The notes beneath the pieces were generated by a model, which was not told where the DNA came from, ran no database searches, and worked only from the letters and a program-made list of their open reading frames with translations. Shown piece by piece: positions 26,601-39,481 of a DNA stretch of 64,000 bases. The position numbers were made by a program, and so were the translations under genes. Location of the stretch: positions 35,714,001-35,778,000 of the forward strand of contig NC_087447.1 in NCBI RefSeq assembly GCF_036321535.1, read 5' to 3'. The stretch is from Camelus dromedarius (lineage: Eukaryota). The first letter of the stretch is position 1. Each line of letters starts with the position of its first letter.

Positions 26601-27992
26601 TTGCTACCATGGTTTTAGCCACAGGAAAGAGCTGACTTTGCTGTGCATTAAAAAAAAAAAAACGGAATTTGGTCCTCTTTCTCCTCCATCTCCCCATGTT
26701 GGACAGTCCAAGAAAGCAGAGAAGAGGGGAAATGGAACTCTGAAAAGAGGGTTGGAAGTGGGAAACACTCCGCTTTGAGATTTCTTGGGGCAGGCATGGC
26801 CAATGAACTTACACAAGCAGCGTTTAACCTTCACCTTGAAGTTGTTCCTGTTCAGTTAGGTGCTGTGATTGCCATCTGCCTTCCCCAAACCACCATGACA
26901 AGTGTGTGAGGCTCCAAGGCCTGTGTGGTCAGCGCCTGGGGGAGATGTAAAGGGCAGGGCCACACATGGGTGAACAGGCCCTGGAGACCCAGGCCTTGGG
27001 GGAGGAGGCTGAAGCCGGGGCAGGTGCTGACACAGCGGGCGGGAGTGGCGAGGGAAGGGTTAAGGGGCCTGTGAACCAGATTGGCTCTTCTCTAAATGAG
27101 GGCAGTAAAATCAGCATGTCGCCTCCAATTTGCTCCGGCCTGACCTTGAACGTGAATCACTCCATCACAATGTCCTTATTGATTTCCACAGGAAGAGGAT
27201 TAAGCCCAGAAAATCAGGGCGGGAACTTGAGCCTGAAGCACGGAAAATGGGATCGTTCTGGGGCTCAAAATCCCTCGTGTTTGCAAATACGTCACAGGGG
27301 GCTGCAGGCTTGGCAGCCGCCCAGCTAGGCTACCAGCTTTCTGAGCGGCTGGGTACCAGGCTTCTGTTTCCTTACCTATCGAGTGTGTGGCCTCCAGGGT
27401 TCCCTCAGGCTTCAAGTCACGTGTAGAGAGTGGGGAGGAGACAAAGGATGGGAGAGATGCTATAGATACTCCTTGAGCCTTGAGTCTATTCTGGAGTGGT
27501 CACTCAGTTCTTCTGTACACAGCGACAGCCCTTGGGGCCCTCAGCACCAAAAAGGCTGCTCCAGGACCAGTGCTGCTGCTGAACTAGCTGGTTCGAACAG
27601 CCAGGAAGGGCTTCCTCAGTCCTGGAAACCCTCCAAGGGAATGAGATGGATATAGTGGGGGCGGGGGGGGGCGGTGTGTGCTCACGCACACGTGTGTGTT
27701 TGTGCACCCCTGCATACACCCATAAATGAATAAAGATGCATAAAGGAGTGGGTCATTCTGTGGGAACTGACCCACAATTCCCTCTCATCTTTTAACGTAC
27801 CCTGGAGATGCGTGGAGAGCCCACCATGCCAGTATACAAAGGGCTATATGATATTCTATGGTGTGGCTATAGCAGGTTATTTAATCATTTCTTATCGATA
27901 GGCATTTAAAGTTGTTAACCAATTTTTTTAAGACAATACAGCAATAAACATCCTGGCACATGCTTCTTTGCATAAATTATTTCTTTACAGGG

Positions 27993-28268
27993 TGTATTAG
28001 TTTCCTTTTGCTGTAACAAATCACAAACTCCCACCTCAGCTTCTAACATCACATCTCCTCTCTCTGATGCAGATTGTCCTGCCTCTCTTACAGATACTCT
28101 TGTGATTACATTGGGTCCACGTGGAGAATTCAGGATCATCACTCCACCACAAGGTCCTTCACTTCATCACATCTGCAGAGTCCCCTTTACCATTGCAGGG
28201 GACATGGTCAGAGGTTCCTGGCACTAACACGTGGGCGTTTTTGGAAGGCCGCTCTTCAGCCTACCACA
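27993..28268. mobile_element. Internally deleted MaLR LTR (MLT1B/C-like) inside an L1 relic
   Basis: tgtattagtttcc...gctgtaacaaa start and cagcctaccaca end. Confidence 0.75.
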
Positions 28269-30247
28269 GGTGCCTAGAAATAGGATGGCTTAGTCAAAGG
28301 GTATATGTATTTTTTATGTCAATCAACATTTCAAAATTTTATTAATGAACACTACCAACACTACAGTGCTGGCTTTTTGAGGGCAACTGGGCAGCACTGA
28401 TTGAGGGTTAAAATCCTCACCCTCTCCGATCTCCCCCAGTGCAGGGCAGGGTAGCATGCTGGATAGCGATTTGCTTCTTGTTTATCTTTCACTAGTATCT
28501 TAGCCTAAAAGCGTTGGTTCCCCAGGAGGAAGCCAAGGGAACAGGGCTGGGAGTTTTGGCCAAAGGACTGGGGTAGGTGGTTGGCCTCCAAGAGAAGCAG
28601 GCAGGAGGGGGTGCTCGGGTGGGGGATGGAAACCCAGGAACACTATGATTCCAGTGATTGGTGTGAACATCAGAATCTGTAACCACCTGCAATATATGGT
28701 GGGGGCGGAGCAGGCAGCCTGGAAACTGCTGCCAACTGGAGCCCAAAGAGGGACCAGTCAGCCAAGCTGGGTCACTAGTGGCAGGTAAGATACGAAGAAC
28801 AGGCCTCAGAAAGTCTGAGGCCTCCCTTCCAAAGTAAGGCTGCTGAAAGACACTTAGGCCTAGACTGGCTGGCTTGACCTGGCACCCTTTGCCTGTTCAC
28901 ACAACAGCTGACAAGGGGTGGTCCTGTTCCAGAGCTGCCTGCTTGTAGTGAATGCAAACAGACTGGGGTGAGGGTGAGGTGAGGGCTGATCGTCCAGGAA
29001 CACTGGGATTCCAGCAATGACTAAAGCAATGATCTTTGTCTTCATCTAAACATCCTGCTGTGTAATAGAATTAGTATTTTAAATCAGCTCTCTTTAAAGG
29101 TTGCTGTAAAGTTGTGTTCTTTTGAGCTCAGGGTTCAAAACTCTCTGAAAGCTATCGATATGTGACTTAGGGAGTGTGCTGTGCTGAGAAAATGACTGGC
29201 TATAAGCCTCTAATTATCAGTAACGGAGAAGTGTGGAAGCCTTGTCCTACCCCATCTCTGGCTATAATGATAGGAAATTAAGTACAAAATGTGCACTTAA
29301 GGCTATTAATGTCCTTCCAGGTTCTTCGTTAGCTGCACCTCATAATGTATTGTAATTTCATAATCATGAGGTTCATAATATTGTCTAATTTCCACTCTGA
29401 TTTCTTCTTTGATCCACTTCTTATTTAGAAATGTGCTTCTTAAGATGCTCGTAAAGCTTTCTTCTCATTAGGGAAAGTCCAAGGGCTCATGTTAGCAGAC
29501 AGATATACCATGAGGGGAGATACATACTTGTGAAATAAAAACCAAGCCTATCTGGTGTTAGCTTCAAAGGGGATTCTCTGGCCCTCCAGGCTGGGTGAAG
29601 CTCTTGTACCCAAACATTGACTCGGGCCCTAGGACCCTCCCCCTTTTATGGATTGGTGCTTCCTCAGATCTCCCCTCTCCTGTTCCTCCCCACATGGGAC
29701 AACCCAGGAAAGCATTCTCCCACTTGCCCCTTAGATGTGCCAACAGTCCTTTAAAGTTGGAGGGTCACTAAGAACCAGATCCCTGGATTCTCCCTAACCT
29801 GAGCACAGTGGCTGCAAAGCTTACTGAACCCTATGAGAGAACAACAGGGAAATAAATAGAGACATGTTGAAATGCCAACATGAAACCTACCCTCGGGGCC
29901 TGTCCCATTCACATCCTATGTGAAAGGCATCGATCTGTCCCTGGGCCCACAGAGCTGTGACACTTCTCAGGCTCCTCACCTGGGTGCCAGCTTTCCAGCT
30001 CCCGAGGTCCTCTTCCTTCTTCCCACCCCCTCCCTTAGGAGCCAGCCTCCTATCAGTTCAGTTCCAAGCAGCAGACCCCCACGGAGGACCTGCTTTGAAC
30101 GGGGCACAGTGCTGGGCACGGGTGGGGCAGAAGTCAGGGCTTCCAGGGCCATAAAATAGGGCTTGCTCTTCACAGCTGAAACTCCTTCAAATTCAAAGCA
30201 AACCTGACACCCTCAGAGATGCTCAGAGGCCTGATGACTTCCTGTGG

Positions 30248-30253
30248 TTTATT
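30248..30253 (-). terminator. Candidate OTOG polyadenylation signal AATAAA
   Basis: First canonical AATAAA I found downstream of the stop (about 1.3 kb), followed by GT/T-rich sequence on the minus strand. Confidence 0.65.
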
Positions 30254-31548
30254 GGACATAGAAACAGAATACAGATACAGGAACAGAGAGAACAGTTGGG
30301 GGCCATGGGGGCCCAAGGCCCCAGCCCCAACCCTCGGGGCACTAGGCAGCCACCCCTCCAGATGTATGTGCTGGGGTGTAAACAACCTCATGTTCACGCC
30401 CTCTGGACTCAGCAGCACAAAGGCATGTGGGGCAAGGACCCTAGTCTGGCTTTAGGAAGGACACTCTGGTTCAGAGACAAGGCCCTGACAATTGCTCAGA
30501 GAAGGCCTGCACATGCACAGGGCCTGCATTTCCCACTGATAGTTGCTCTCCTGCTGAAAAGTCCCCTGAAGCAGACAGCCAGGAGCTGGCTGAGCCACAA
30601 AACTCACACTCAGGCCCCTCCAGTGACTAACTCTGCTATGTTCTTGGAGAAAAGGCACATTGTAAAGCCAGGGGCTGCCCTTGCAGGCTGAAGGAATCAT
30701 TAAACAAGCCAGGCCGTCAGAGGGGCGGGCTGTCCACCAACATGGGGATGAGTTGTGCTGGACCTTCACGGAAGAGGTCACTCCCTCCCTCCACCACCTC
30801 ATAAGAGCCAGCCCACCTGCCAGGAAGGCCGGCTTTGGGGGCGGGGATGGATATGGAGCAGGTATGGCCCCACTCTTCTAAATCTTTTCCTGAACAACAA
30901 GGTCAAAAACAAGATACCACGGCACCCCTCTTAGGGCTGCAGGGGACCTGAAGGTCACTGAGCCCACCCCCCAGTCTCCAGGCCTGACCTCACATCGGTG
31001 AGAGCACCTGGCCCTGGAAACCCACCCCCTTTGCTTCTGGGAGGTCCTCCTGGGCAGCGATATGCAGACCTGGGTGTTGCAATTAAAACCCCCTCTCCTT
31101 CTACTGTGTCTCTGGTTCTCCCGTGGTCAAAAGGGCCAAGAAAGAGAATGGGCCACCCTTTCCAGACCCTCCGCTGTGTCTTGGGTCCAGCCCTGGTCCT
31201 GGCTTCTCAGGAAAGCTCTCACCCTCTCCACCAAAGCACTGCAGCCAGAGTCACAGATGTGCAGGGGCTACCGCCCCTCATCTAGGGCCCATTTCAGACC
31301 CCAAGCCAGGAACAGAGTTGAGTTCCCTGAGCCCCAAACTGTGGCACCTTCCAATGTGTGGAGGACAGGGAGCCCACAGAGGGAGCCAGGAGGGGCTGGA
31401 GTGGCTTATTCTGGTCACTCTCTGTGCCTCTGACTGCCATTCCATGCTTAGCACGTACCACCTCTTCCCACCTTTAGTGCCCCCGGCCCATCCTACACTG
31501 GGTCAGCTGGAAGCGGAGAGTGGTCCAGCCAGCCCTAGCCCGCCGGGC

Positions 31549-31749
31549 TCAGGACCACTGGCAGGCACAATCGGTGGGCTCCTGCACTATGTAGGGCACC
31601 CAGGTGGCATTGGTGGCACAGAAGAGCTGCACGGAGCGCCGCTGCAGGCCCACCTCGCGGCAGCACTTACAGAAGCGGGCATAGGTGTTGATGTTGTAGT
31701 TGTAGATGCTGGCAGACGGGCACCTCCCATCGCAGGACACAAGGTTCAC
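31549..31749 (-). CDS. OTOG: OTOG last coding exon, C-terminal cystine knot: [12 protein letters not shown]...DCACQWS*
   Basis: ctccag acceptor, CxGxC and CKCC motifs, TGA at 31551-31549. Confidence 0.95.
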   Translation of the reverse strand: MNLVSCDGRCPSASIYNYNINTYARFCKCCREVGLQRRSVQLFCATNATWVPYIVQEPTDCACQWS

Positions 31750-31857
31750 CTGGAGATGGGCAGGCCAGTGAGGCAGCCGGTGCAGCTTCCATCCCCCCAA
31801 ACCCCTCATCCCCATTGTTGGCTGCGCCCCACCCCTACTGCTTTGGGAGCCACGCAC

Positions 31858-31937
31858 AGGGGTGTTGCTCCTGCATTCATTCTTGCGGATGGTCATGCGG
31901 ATCGTCACCTTCTTGCAGGAGCGCCCATCCTCTTTAC
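31858..31937 (-). CDS. OTOG: OTOG exon, cystine-knot start: [27 protein letters not shown]
   Basis: cccag/gtgcgt boundaries. Confidence 0.93.
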
Positions 31938-32559
31938 CTGGGGGGACAGTGTGGATGTGGCAACTGCAGCTGAGAAATGCTCCCGGAGCAGCAGGCTGGG
32001 GCAGACTGGGACAGTTAGTGTCATGCTGGAGGGTCCCTCCACCAGCGTTAGTGCGCAGGCATTAGAGCCCCTCCCCATCAAAGGAAAAGCCTTTTAACTC
32101 AGTGCTCTGGAAGGAGGTGGAGGCGGGAAGGCAGGGGAGATGGGTGAGACAGAGAAGGGTGCCAGGGTGGCCTGGGGGCTCTGGGCTAAGGAAGAGGAGG
32201 ATTTGGTGACAAGGCTAGCTGCCTCCCCGCCACTTGTCTCTAATCCACTGGCAATGCTGGATGTGTCCTCACCCCTCTCTGAGCTACAGCTTTTAAGAGG
32301 GTTCAAACATTAAGATTCTGCAATTTCCTGAGTGAATGGAAACCCCTGTCCCTAGCACAATGCTTGCACACAGCAGGATCACTCGGTTTCCATACCTATC
32401 AAACAGGACAGGGCCAGGGAGTCACCTGATTCACACAGCTATTACAGGGGTGGAAATTGATATGCAGTTTCCTCCCCCTGGACCACCACTCCCACAGACA
32501 ACCAATTGTATGGCTCATTCATGCCCTCACCTGCTCAGTATTTCCTCACCAAGGTCTTT

Positions 32560-33170
32560 CCTGATCCCCTTCCTGAAACTGCAACTTCCTCCCTCCACCC
32601 AGCCCTGCTCCCTGACCCCTCCTCCCTTATTTCTGTCCAGGGCACTGTCACCATCCTACGAGAGACACACTTGTAATGATGCTGTGGACACGTGAGCTCT
32701 AGGGCCTTCTTTTGCACACGCTCCTCCCGCAATTTGCTGAGTTCTCTCATTCTAAATAAATCTTCACTTTCATATCTCAATATGGATCTGTAAGTCTGTG
32801 TTCTTTTTCTTAATGGACACAATTAAGGAGGCAGGCGGGCAAATGTCCTAAGGCTGACTGGAATGTGCACGTACACGCCGTTGGGGCTGCAGGGGCCAGG
32901 GGCCCAGTGTGAGGACAGATGCACAGAGCTCTCACTCAGACTCAGTCAGGGAGCCCGTGGGCCTAAAGCCCACCCAGGAGGCACCTCTAATTGCATAAGG
33001 TTTCATCCCCCTTAAAACCAGATGCATACGTCTTATTGTAATTTTACTTGCTATTCTGTCTCTCCTGCTAAAACATCAGCTCCATGAGGCTGTGTCATTT
33101 ATGTTGTATCTACAGTGCCTCTAACAGGGCCTGGTGTACTGGTGCTAAATCAATATTTGCTGGATGCACA
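32560..33170 (+). mobile_element. L2 3' end, interrupted at about 32660-33024
   Basis: gcactgtcaccatc ... agctccatgagg ... caatatttgctggatg follow the L2 3' consensus order. Confidence 0.7.
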
Positions 33171-34402
33171 GACTTCCTCTGTGACCCCAGAGGGTCTGCA
33201 GAAAATGGGGTGGAATCTTCTCTTCTGGCCGCTGGGCCCTAGCACAGTAGGGTTCCTATCATACCAGCTAGAGGACTCCTGGCCAGAGGTAAGTTCACTT
33301 TTCCCCCCTCTCTGCACCCAGGAGGCAGGAGAACCAAGGGCTTCCTAGCCATGGCCTCAGGGCATGGTGGGCACTGGGCACCAGGAGAGCAGGCACTGCT
33401 GAAGCATATTCCCATGCAAGCCCAAGGGTGCAGCTTGCTACCCAGCGTGCATGCGGGCCGAATGGCCTTAGCCAAAGGCAGGAAGCAGGGGCACCATCCT
33501 CCCCTCCCTGTCCCCAGAGCTTAGGGCCACCTAGCAGAAGGGACACTGTTGGAAACAGCAACGCGACTGCACGCCTCCAGTCCTGTGGGCTTCTGAGAGG
33601 AGTACCTGGGTGGCAGTGGACACTAACCCGTGGAGGAGAGGCAGGGCTAACAGGGACCTTGGGAAACAGGGTCCCTGAGGAACCTGGGGAAAGGGATATG
33701 GGTTGCAGGTCACAGGGAGTACCTAGAACATTGAGGAAACATGAGTTGTGGGTCAGAGATCAGCCAATGAGGCACTGAACCCAGCTTCCTTGGAATATGT
33801 GATGTGGACATAAAAGCAAATTCTACATCCTCCCCCAAGAAAGGGTCTGAGGGCCCTGGGAGAGGGGAGGCTTGCAAGCAAAGGTCCTAAGGCTGACTGG
33901 GACGTGTGTGCACACGCAGTTGGGGCTGCAGGATCCAGGGGCCTGGGGTAAGGACAAATGCACAGAGCTCTCACTCAGACTCAATCAGGGACCCCGTGGG
34001 CCTGAAGCCCACCCAGGAGGCACCTCCAAGACAGGGCTCCTGACCACAGGGAGAACTCACAAGGTGGACATCTGGGCTGGGGGTCTTGGTGGGGCAGGAG
34101 GAAGAAGAGTGGCTGGTGAGTTACTGACTCCTGAATCTAATATCCCAATGTCCCCCATCTCCCACAAGAAGCAAGAGGCCTTTTGCTGGGACAGGGACAG
34201 GGACACAAGCATGGCCCCTGGCCACCTGCATATCTGTGTCAGTGCCATGAGCCCCATGGTGATGGTGTCCCTTCATCGACTCACCCCTGAAGAGCCATGA
34301 CCAGAGGTGCCAGGCCAGGAATCTGGCCCTCTGATCTCCAACATGACACCCCGTCCCCCCACCAGAGCCCCTCATTGCTGGGCCTCCATCATGCTCACTC
34401 AC

Positions 34403-34448
34403 ACGTCCTGCAGCATCCTTCCAAGGAAGGTACCACCGAGCCCCCAAC
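34403..34448 (-). CDS. OTOG: OTOG 46-nt exon: VGGSVVPSLEGCCRT
   Basis: tctag/gtgagt boundaries; translated by hand. Confidence 0.9.
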
Positions 34449-35700
34449 CTAGAGAGAAAGGAGGGGAGATGCGTGGGAGACCCCGTCCTAGGCCAGGAGC
34501 CAAGATCTCAGCAAGAGGCAAAAACACTGCAAGAGTATTGACTACTTTCCTCCCATGATGTTCCAGGGAAGGAGTTCCAGGGCCTGTTGTCCAACAGCCC
34601 CTGGCCAGAGGGAGAAGGGGCCCCCAGGCTGGCCATGGAGAGCCACAGGGGCTAACCTGACTGGTTGGGACACTGGCACTAAGGCTGCTGCCACCCCCAG
34701 TGAGGCTGGAGGCTGGGTTAAGATGGTGCAGGGCCTCCTGTCTTCCCTGTGGCCTCTGTCCTTATGCACCCCTGCACTGTCTCCCTTAGTGTTTCCCACA
34801 GTGAGGGCCAGGGAGAGGAGAGGTAAGGGGCTGACCCACTTGGGTCAGTGGCCTGGGCTCTATCTCAGCCCTGCATAAGCCGTCTCTTTCCTCTGGGCTT
34901 AGTTGTCCCATCTCTAAAATGGGGGCAATTATTCCTGCTAGACCTCCTCCTCTTTTGTGAAATGGGTAAAACAATGATGTGACAGTTCTTTGTAAATAAG
35001 TGTGTGTGTGTGGCAGGGGGGAGGGTCTCAGTATATGCATGTGATTCTGTGGGCACATACATGTATATACATGTGTGATTCTGCATGTATGTATGTGACA
35101 GAGAATGATTGGATATATGCAGTTGTTTTCTAGGTAAAGCCAGAGATCTTTAAATGCCCAATATTAATGTCACGTACTTTAATAATTCAACAACATCCTC
35201 AAGCCCTCCAGGAAATCCCTTTCCTTGAGGTGTACCCATAGCGACAGCTGTCCATGCTAGTGCTGGACACCCGTTAGCCCATCAGTCCCGCAAGACTGAA
35301 CCATGAGCCCACAGGATGTGTGTGTGTGTGTGTGCGCCTCAGTGTGTGACGGTGCATGGTGTGTGCACTGGCATGCTGAAGTGCTGACGTCTCTGCGGAG
35401 TGAGTGACTGCCCATGTTGGTATGTATGCGAGTGTGCCTAGAACATGTACAGTGTATGTCTGCATACATCTGGGTGTGGCTGTGTGATGCGTGTGGATGT
35501 GAGGTGCGATGTGGTCAGAGCAAAGATACATGGTGGGATGTGGAGTTGGGGTGTGACAGGGCAGGTACAGACTGCAGGGAACCCCTCCTTCCACACAACC
35601 CCCACTACAAGACACCCCCGCCCCTACCCACTGTCCCCACTAAGACAGCTGATGCTCCTGCCCTCAGGTCGTGCTGTGGGGGGAGGAGGCCAGCACTGAC

Positions 35701-35820
35701 CTTGGCACACTCAGTCTCATTGAGCGGTGGGCAGCTGATGGGTGAGCGGACGAGCACGGCGCCCAGGGGAGTGCTGCTGCAGTGATGGCGGGTGCAGTCT
35801 GCGATCCAGGACGCCCCGGG
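35701..35820 (-). CDS. OTOG: OTOG exon: [14 protein letters not shown]...NETECAK
   Basis: tccag/gtcagt boundaries, 120 nt. Confidence 0.92.
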
Positions 35821-36015
35821 CTGGAGGGCACAGAGGTGGGCAATGGGGACTCGTGGCCAGATGGCCTGAGTGCACCCAAAGGGCACAGCTCCAAAGACAG
35901 GTGCAGGTCAGAACCTGGAACTGCTCAGGACCATAATTGTTTCCAGTCCAGGGCCCTAGTCGTAGTGTCCCCTCCTGGGACACCTCCCCAGATGCATGGT
36001 TGAGGGGCTGCATAC

Positions 36016-36120
36016 CAGGAACAGGGAGGTGGTGCCGTTCGGGAAAGTGAAGAGGCAGGACACATTTCTACAAGAGCCGCAGCAGGCTGCCAGGTCCCGC
36101 GGGTGCTCATACTCCTGGTT
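36016..36120 (-). CDS. OTOG: OTOG exon: [17 protein letters not shown]...TSLFL
   Basis: ctgcag/gtatgc boundaries. Confidence 0.92.
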
Positions 36121-36893
36121 CTGCAGGGCAGGATAGGTTGTGATGAGCCCCAGCCACCTCCCACCTCCACCCTCCTCCTCTCCCACTGTCTGCCTGTCTC
36201 TGAGCCCAGCACCCAGAGAAGGGCCCCCTGCAGATGCTCAAAAAGGAAACTGCGGGCATGCTTCTATCAGGCAGGAAGGGCATCCTTCTGTCTATCCTGA
36301 GCCTCCATTACAGCAGTCCCTAGACCCAGCCCCAGGGGACAAAGACACAGCATTGCTGGTAAGTAAGGGAGCCAGTTTTAGTTCCAAATAGACCTCAGTT
36401 TGAGTTTCTGTTCTTGTGAGAATTTTGACAAATGGCTCGACATCCCAAAAGCTCAGCCTTCTCATCTGAAAAATGGGAATAATTTCAATCCCCTCTACTC
36501 AGCTAATACTTATTTAGCCCTAACTAGAAGCCAGTCAGTGACCTAGGTACTGCTGAAGCACTCAGCAAATGGCAGCAACACAAACACACAATCTAAGAGG
36601 ATAAGGAATGTGCTAGGTGTAAAGCAGGTGCTTAATAAATGTGTTTTCTCTGTCAAATGCCCACCCTTGCCAAGCCTTCACTCTAGCTGTTCCCCTCCTG
36701 ACCCCTCCCAACCCAGTCCCATTCTCAGCACTTTCCACACGGATCTCTGAGGTCCCCCGATGCCCATTTTCTGGACTTGTCCAGGGAGCTTGGATGAGCT
36801 TCAAGGGCCCCTCTGATTCCCAGAGCACGGAAGGTCTGCAGGCCAGCCCTCCTGGCTCCACCCACCTCCCCATCCCTCACTGCTGCCCCCTAC

Positions 36894-37072
36894 CGCCTCG
36901 CAGTGGACATCACACAGCACGGAGGTGGTGTTGATCTGGTAGAAGCCGGTAAGAGGGTCGAGCACATCCGTGCAGCGGGAGGTGTGGCACACGCCGTCTG
37001 CCGAGAGCTCCACCACCGTCTGACCTGGCTGCATCACCCCCAGCTCGCGGCTCAGACACACGGGAGCCTTCA
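36894..37072 (-). CDS. OTOG: OTOG exon: [12 protein letters not shown]...CDVHCEA
   Basis: tccag/gtaggg boundaries. Confidence 0.92.
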
Positions 37073-37172
37073 CTGGATGGGCGTGCAGGGTGGCAGCAGT
37101 CACTGAGAGCTCACACACACCCCCGCTCCGGCTTGGCTGGCTCCACCCCGCCGGCTCCCTCTCCCCACTCAC

Positions 37173-37248
37173 CGCACTCGTATTTGGCGCAGCCACACAC
37201 GTTCTCCACGCTGTGCATGAACACCTCGTCCAGCTGGGACTTCTCCCA
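37173..37248 (-). CDS. OTOG: OTOG exon: [25 protein letters not shown]
   Basis: ctcag/gtgagt boundaries; translated by hand. Confidence 0.91.
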
Positions 37249-37997
37249 CTGAGTGGGCAGAGGCCGTCAGCATCCCCGGGTGGGGAGACCCAACCCCACC
37301 CTCGGGAGTAGCTTGCCCCCTGGCTGAGCCACCTGGGCTCTTCTCTCTGTCGGTGGTCTCCTTGCAGCGGGCGGGGAGGGGGCTGGCAAGTCTGTTAGCC
37401 AGGGGGACCCTTGGCGCCCCGTTAGCGCAGTCACCCTCCCAAAAGGGAGAAATGCCCAGTGTGGCTCCGGAGCCTCCCCGCTGGGGAGCACTCCCCCGTG
37501 CCCTCTCGGACCTCAAGCCTATCCTGTCATTGTGAGCATCCACTGGCCACATAAACAAGGGACCCCTGCATGGCTGCTGGCCCAGAGCCCTGCTTGGCTC
37601 AGAACTTCCCTTCCTTCTCCACCAGTTAAAAGGAGAAAAGGATGGGATGGGGGGCAAAATGAGAGGAAATGTGTGCTCAGAGAAGGGAATACTTATAATC
37701 CAGAAAATTACACAAAAAACATAACTTCACACTTCTTAACGTATTTTACTTCCCTCAAGGGCCATGCAACCTGGTGGTTAAGGGCATGTTCTCTGGAGTC
37801 AGATTTCCTGGGTTCCAATTCTGGCTCTGTGATTTACTAGCTACATAACCTTAACCTTAGTTTCCTTATTTGTATAATTGAGGTAATCATAAAATGAATC
37901 TCGTTGGGTTGTCATGAGAATATGAAAGTATACATAAAAGGCCTAAGAAAGTTCCTGGCATGTAGTTAGAGCTCAATAAACATTTCCTACTGTCACG

Positions 37998-38170
37998 AGT
38001 ATCATCCTCCTCCTCCTCCTTACTATCCTCACCATCCCAACCATCAGCATTATATTGTCACCATCATCATCATTCTCACCATCCCCACCATCATCCCCAC
38101 CATCATCTCCAGCATCTTCACCACCACCATCAACATCAACATCATCATCATCATCATCATCTTCATAGTA
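37998..38170 (+). repeat. Imperfect (CAT/CAC)n microsatellite
   Basis: Seen directly. Confidence 0.9.
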
Positions 38171-38384
38171 CTTAATCCTCACCAAAATTCTGAAGTGAGA
38201 TCAGGCCCACTTTTACAGGTGAGGGCACTGTACCCAGAAAGCAAAGCTAGGGACAAGAATGCTGACTCACAGTTCAAGGCTCCTTGCACTAGATTAAAGG
38301 AGTAGGGTCTCCAGAAGAAGAGAAGGAGAGGAAAGAAAAGGGGGAGGCAGACCAGGGGAGTGGGGAGGGGCAGGGTCTTCATAC

Positions 38385-38425
38385 CAGATGGCACCGGGGC
38401 ACCGGGATTGTGTCGCAGTCACACT
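38385..38425 (-). CDS. OTOG: OTOG 41-nt exon: ECDCDTIPVPRCHL
   Basis: ttcag/gtatga boundaries; phase fits neighbours. Confidence 0.9.
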
Positions 38426-39382
38426 CTGAAAAACAGGAGGGACCAGGACCCACCTCACCAGAGATGTCCAGGTGGGATTCTCCTGGGCCTCCCAGGCTCC
38501 TCACTGCAGGTGCAGCCCCTCCTCTACCTTCCCTGTACCCGACATGGGGGCTGCACTCCCTGGTTGGGCAGAAGTGACGGGTCCTCATGCCAAGGTCCAC
38601 ATGGAATGTTCAGGGAGGAAAAACAGGTACCTGGATAAATCCCAGGTTCCCTTTGGTCATCTGGGCTTCATCCCTCCCAGTGCTCTGGAGCCCATTCTAG
38701 AACATGTATGGGGGTCTCTCCAGAACGAACATGGCAAGGGTGGAATTTCTGACTATCTGCATTTCCCAAATATATGTTCAGCAAGCTGAGCTCTGCTCTG
38801 AGCCTTCGCCCATGAGCAGGTCTGGTTCTAAGCTGCTAGGGAGCCAACTGTGGAGGCACCACTGACTAACTTAAGGGCTACACCAGCTCCAGCTTCAGGA
38901 GGAGGAGAACTCAAGGTCAGAGTGGCTGTGAAACACACTTCTGAGTCACCCACTCATGCAGCAAATGGTTTTAAGCACTTATATTCCAAGATTTTTCTAT
39001 GCTCTGGGGACAAAGCAATGGATAAAACAGATTTCAATTCCTGCCCTTGTGAAGTTTACATTCTAGTGAGGCCTAGAAAAAAGCAAGTAAAATATCCAGG
39101 TACAAAATGGTTTCCCAATTCTTTCTTGAAAAATGCTTTTATATAAAGCTCATGAGTGTTCATTACAGATCACTGACATTCCCGCCTGCTTCCCAAAAGG
39201 ATTTGAGCTGAATTTAAACAAAATCATGTTTACTATCAGACGGTTGCAATGAAGACTTTTTAAAGGTCATTTTGGCAGCTTCCTTCTGGCGACACTGGAG
39301 GGATGAAATCTGAGCCAAGTGGACAGTGGTGGGCCGGCTCCTCCCTCCCCACAGGGGCCTCCACCTTTGGGGAGGGACTTAC

Positions 39383-39481
39383 CACAGGACTTGTAGGGGC
39401 AGCAGCGGTCTGGGCTCCACACCTCCACCAGAGCGGTGCCCAGGCCACAATGCACTTGGGGGCAGCGGAAGCTCTCACACA
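39383..39481 (-). CDS. OTOG: OTOG exon: [12 protein letters not shown]...CCPYKSC
   Basis: cgcag/gtaagt boundaries, phase 1-1. Confidence 0.92.

Noticed and set aside
31123..32097. 324-aa plus-strand ORF
   Set aside because: Antisense shadow over the GC-rich last OTOG exons and UTR; non-ATG start and no recognisable domain
37973..38185. Asp/Gly-rich ORF
   Set aside because: Translation of the (CAT)n microsatellite
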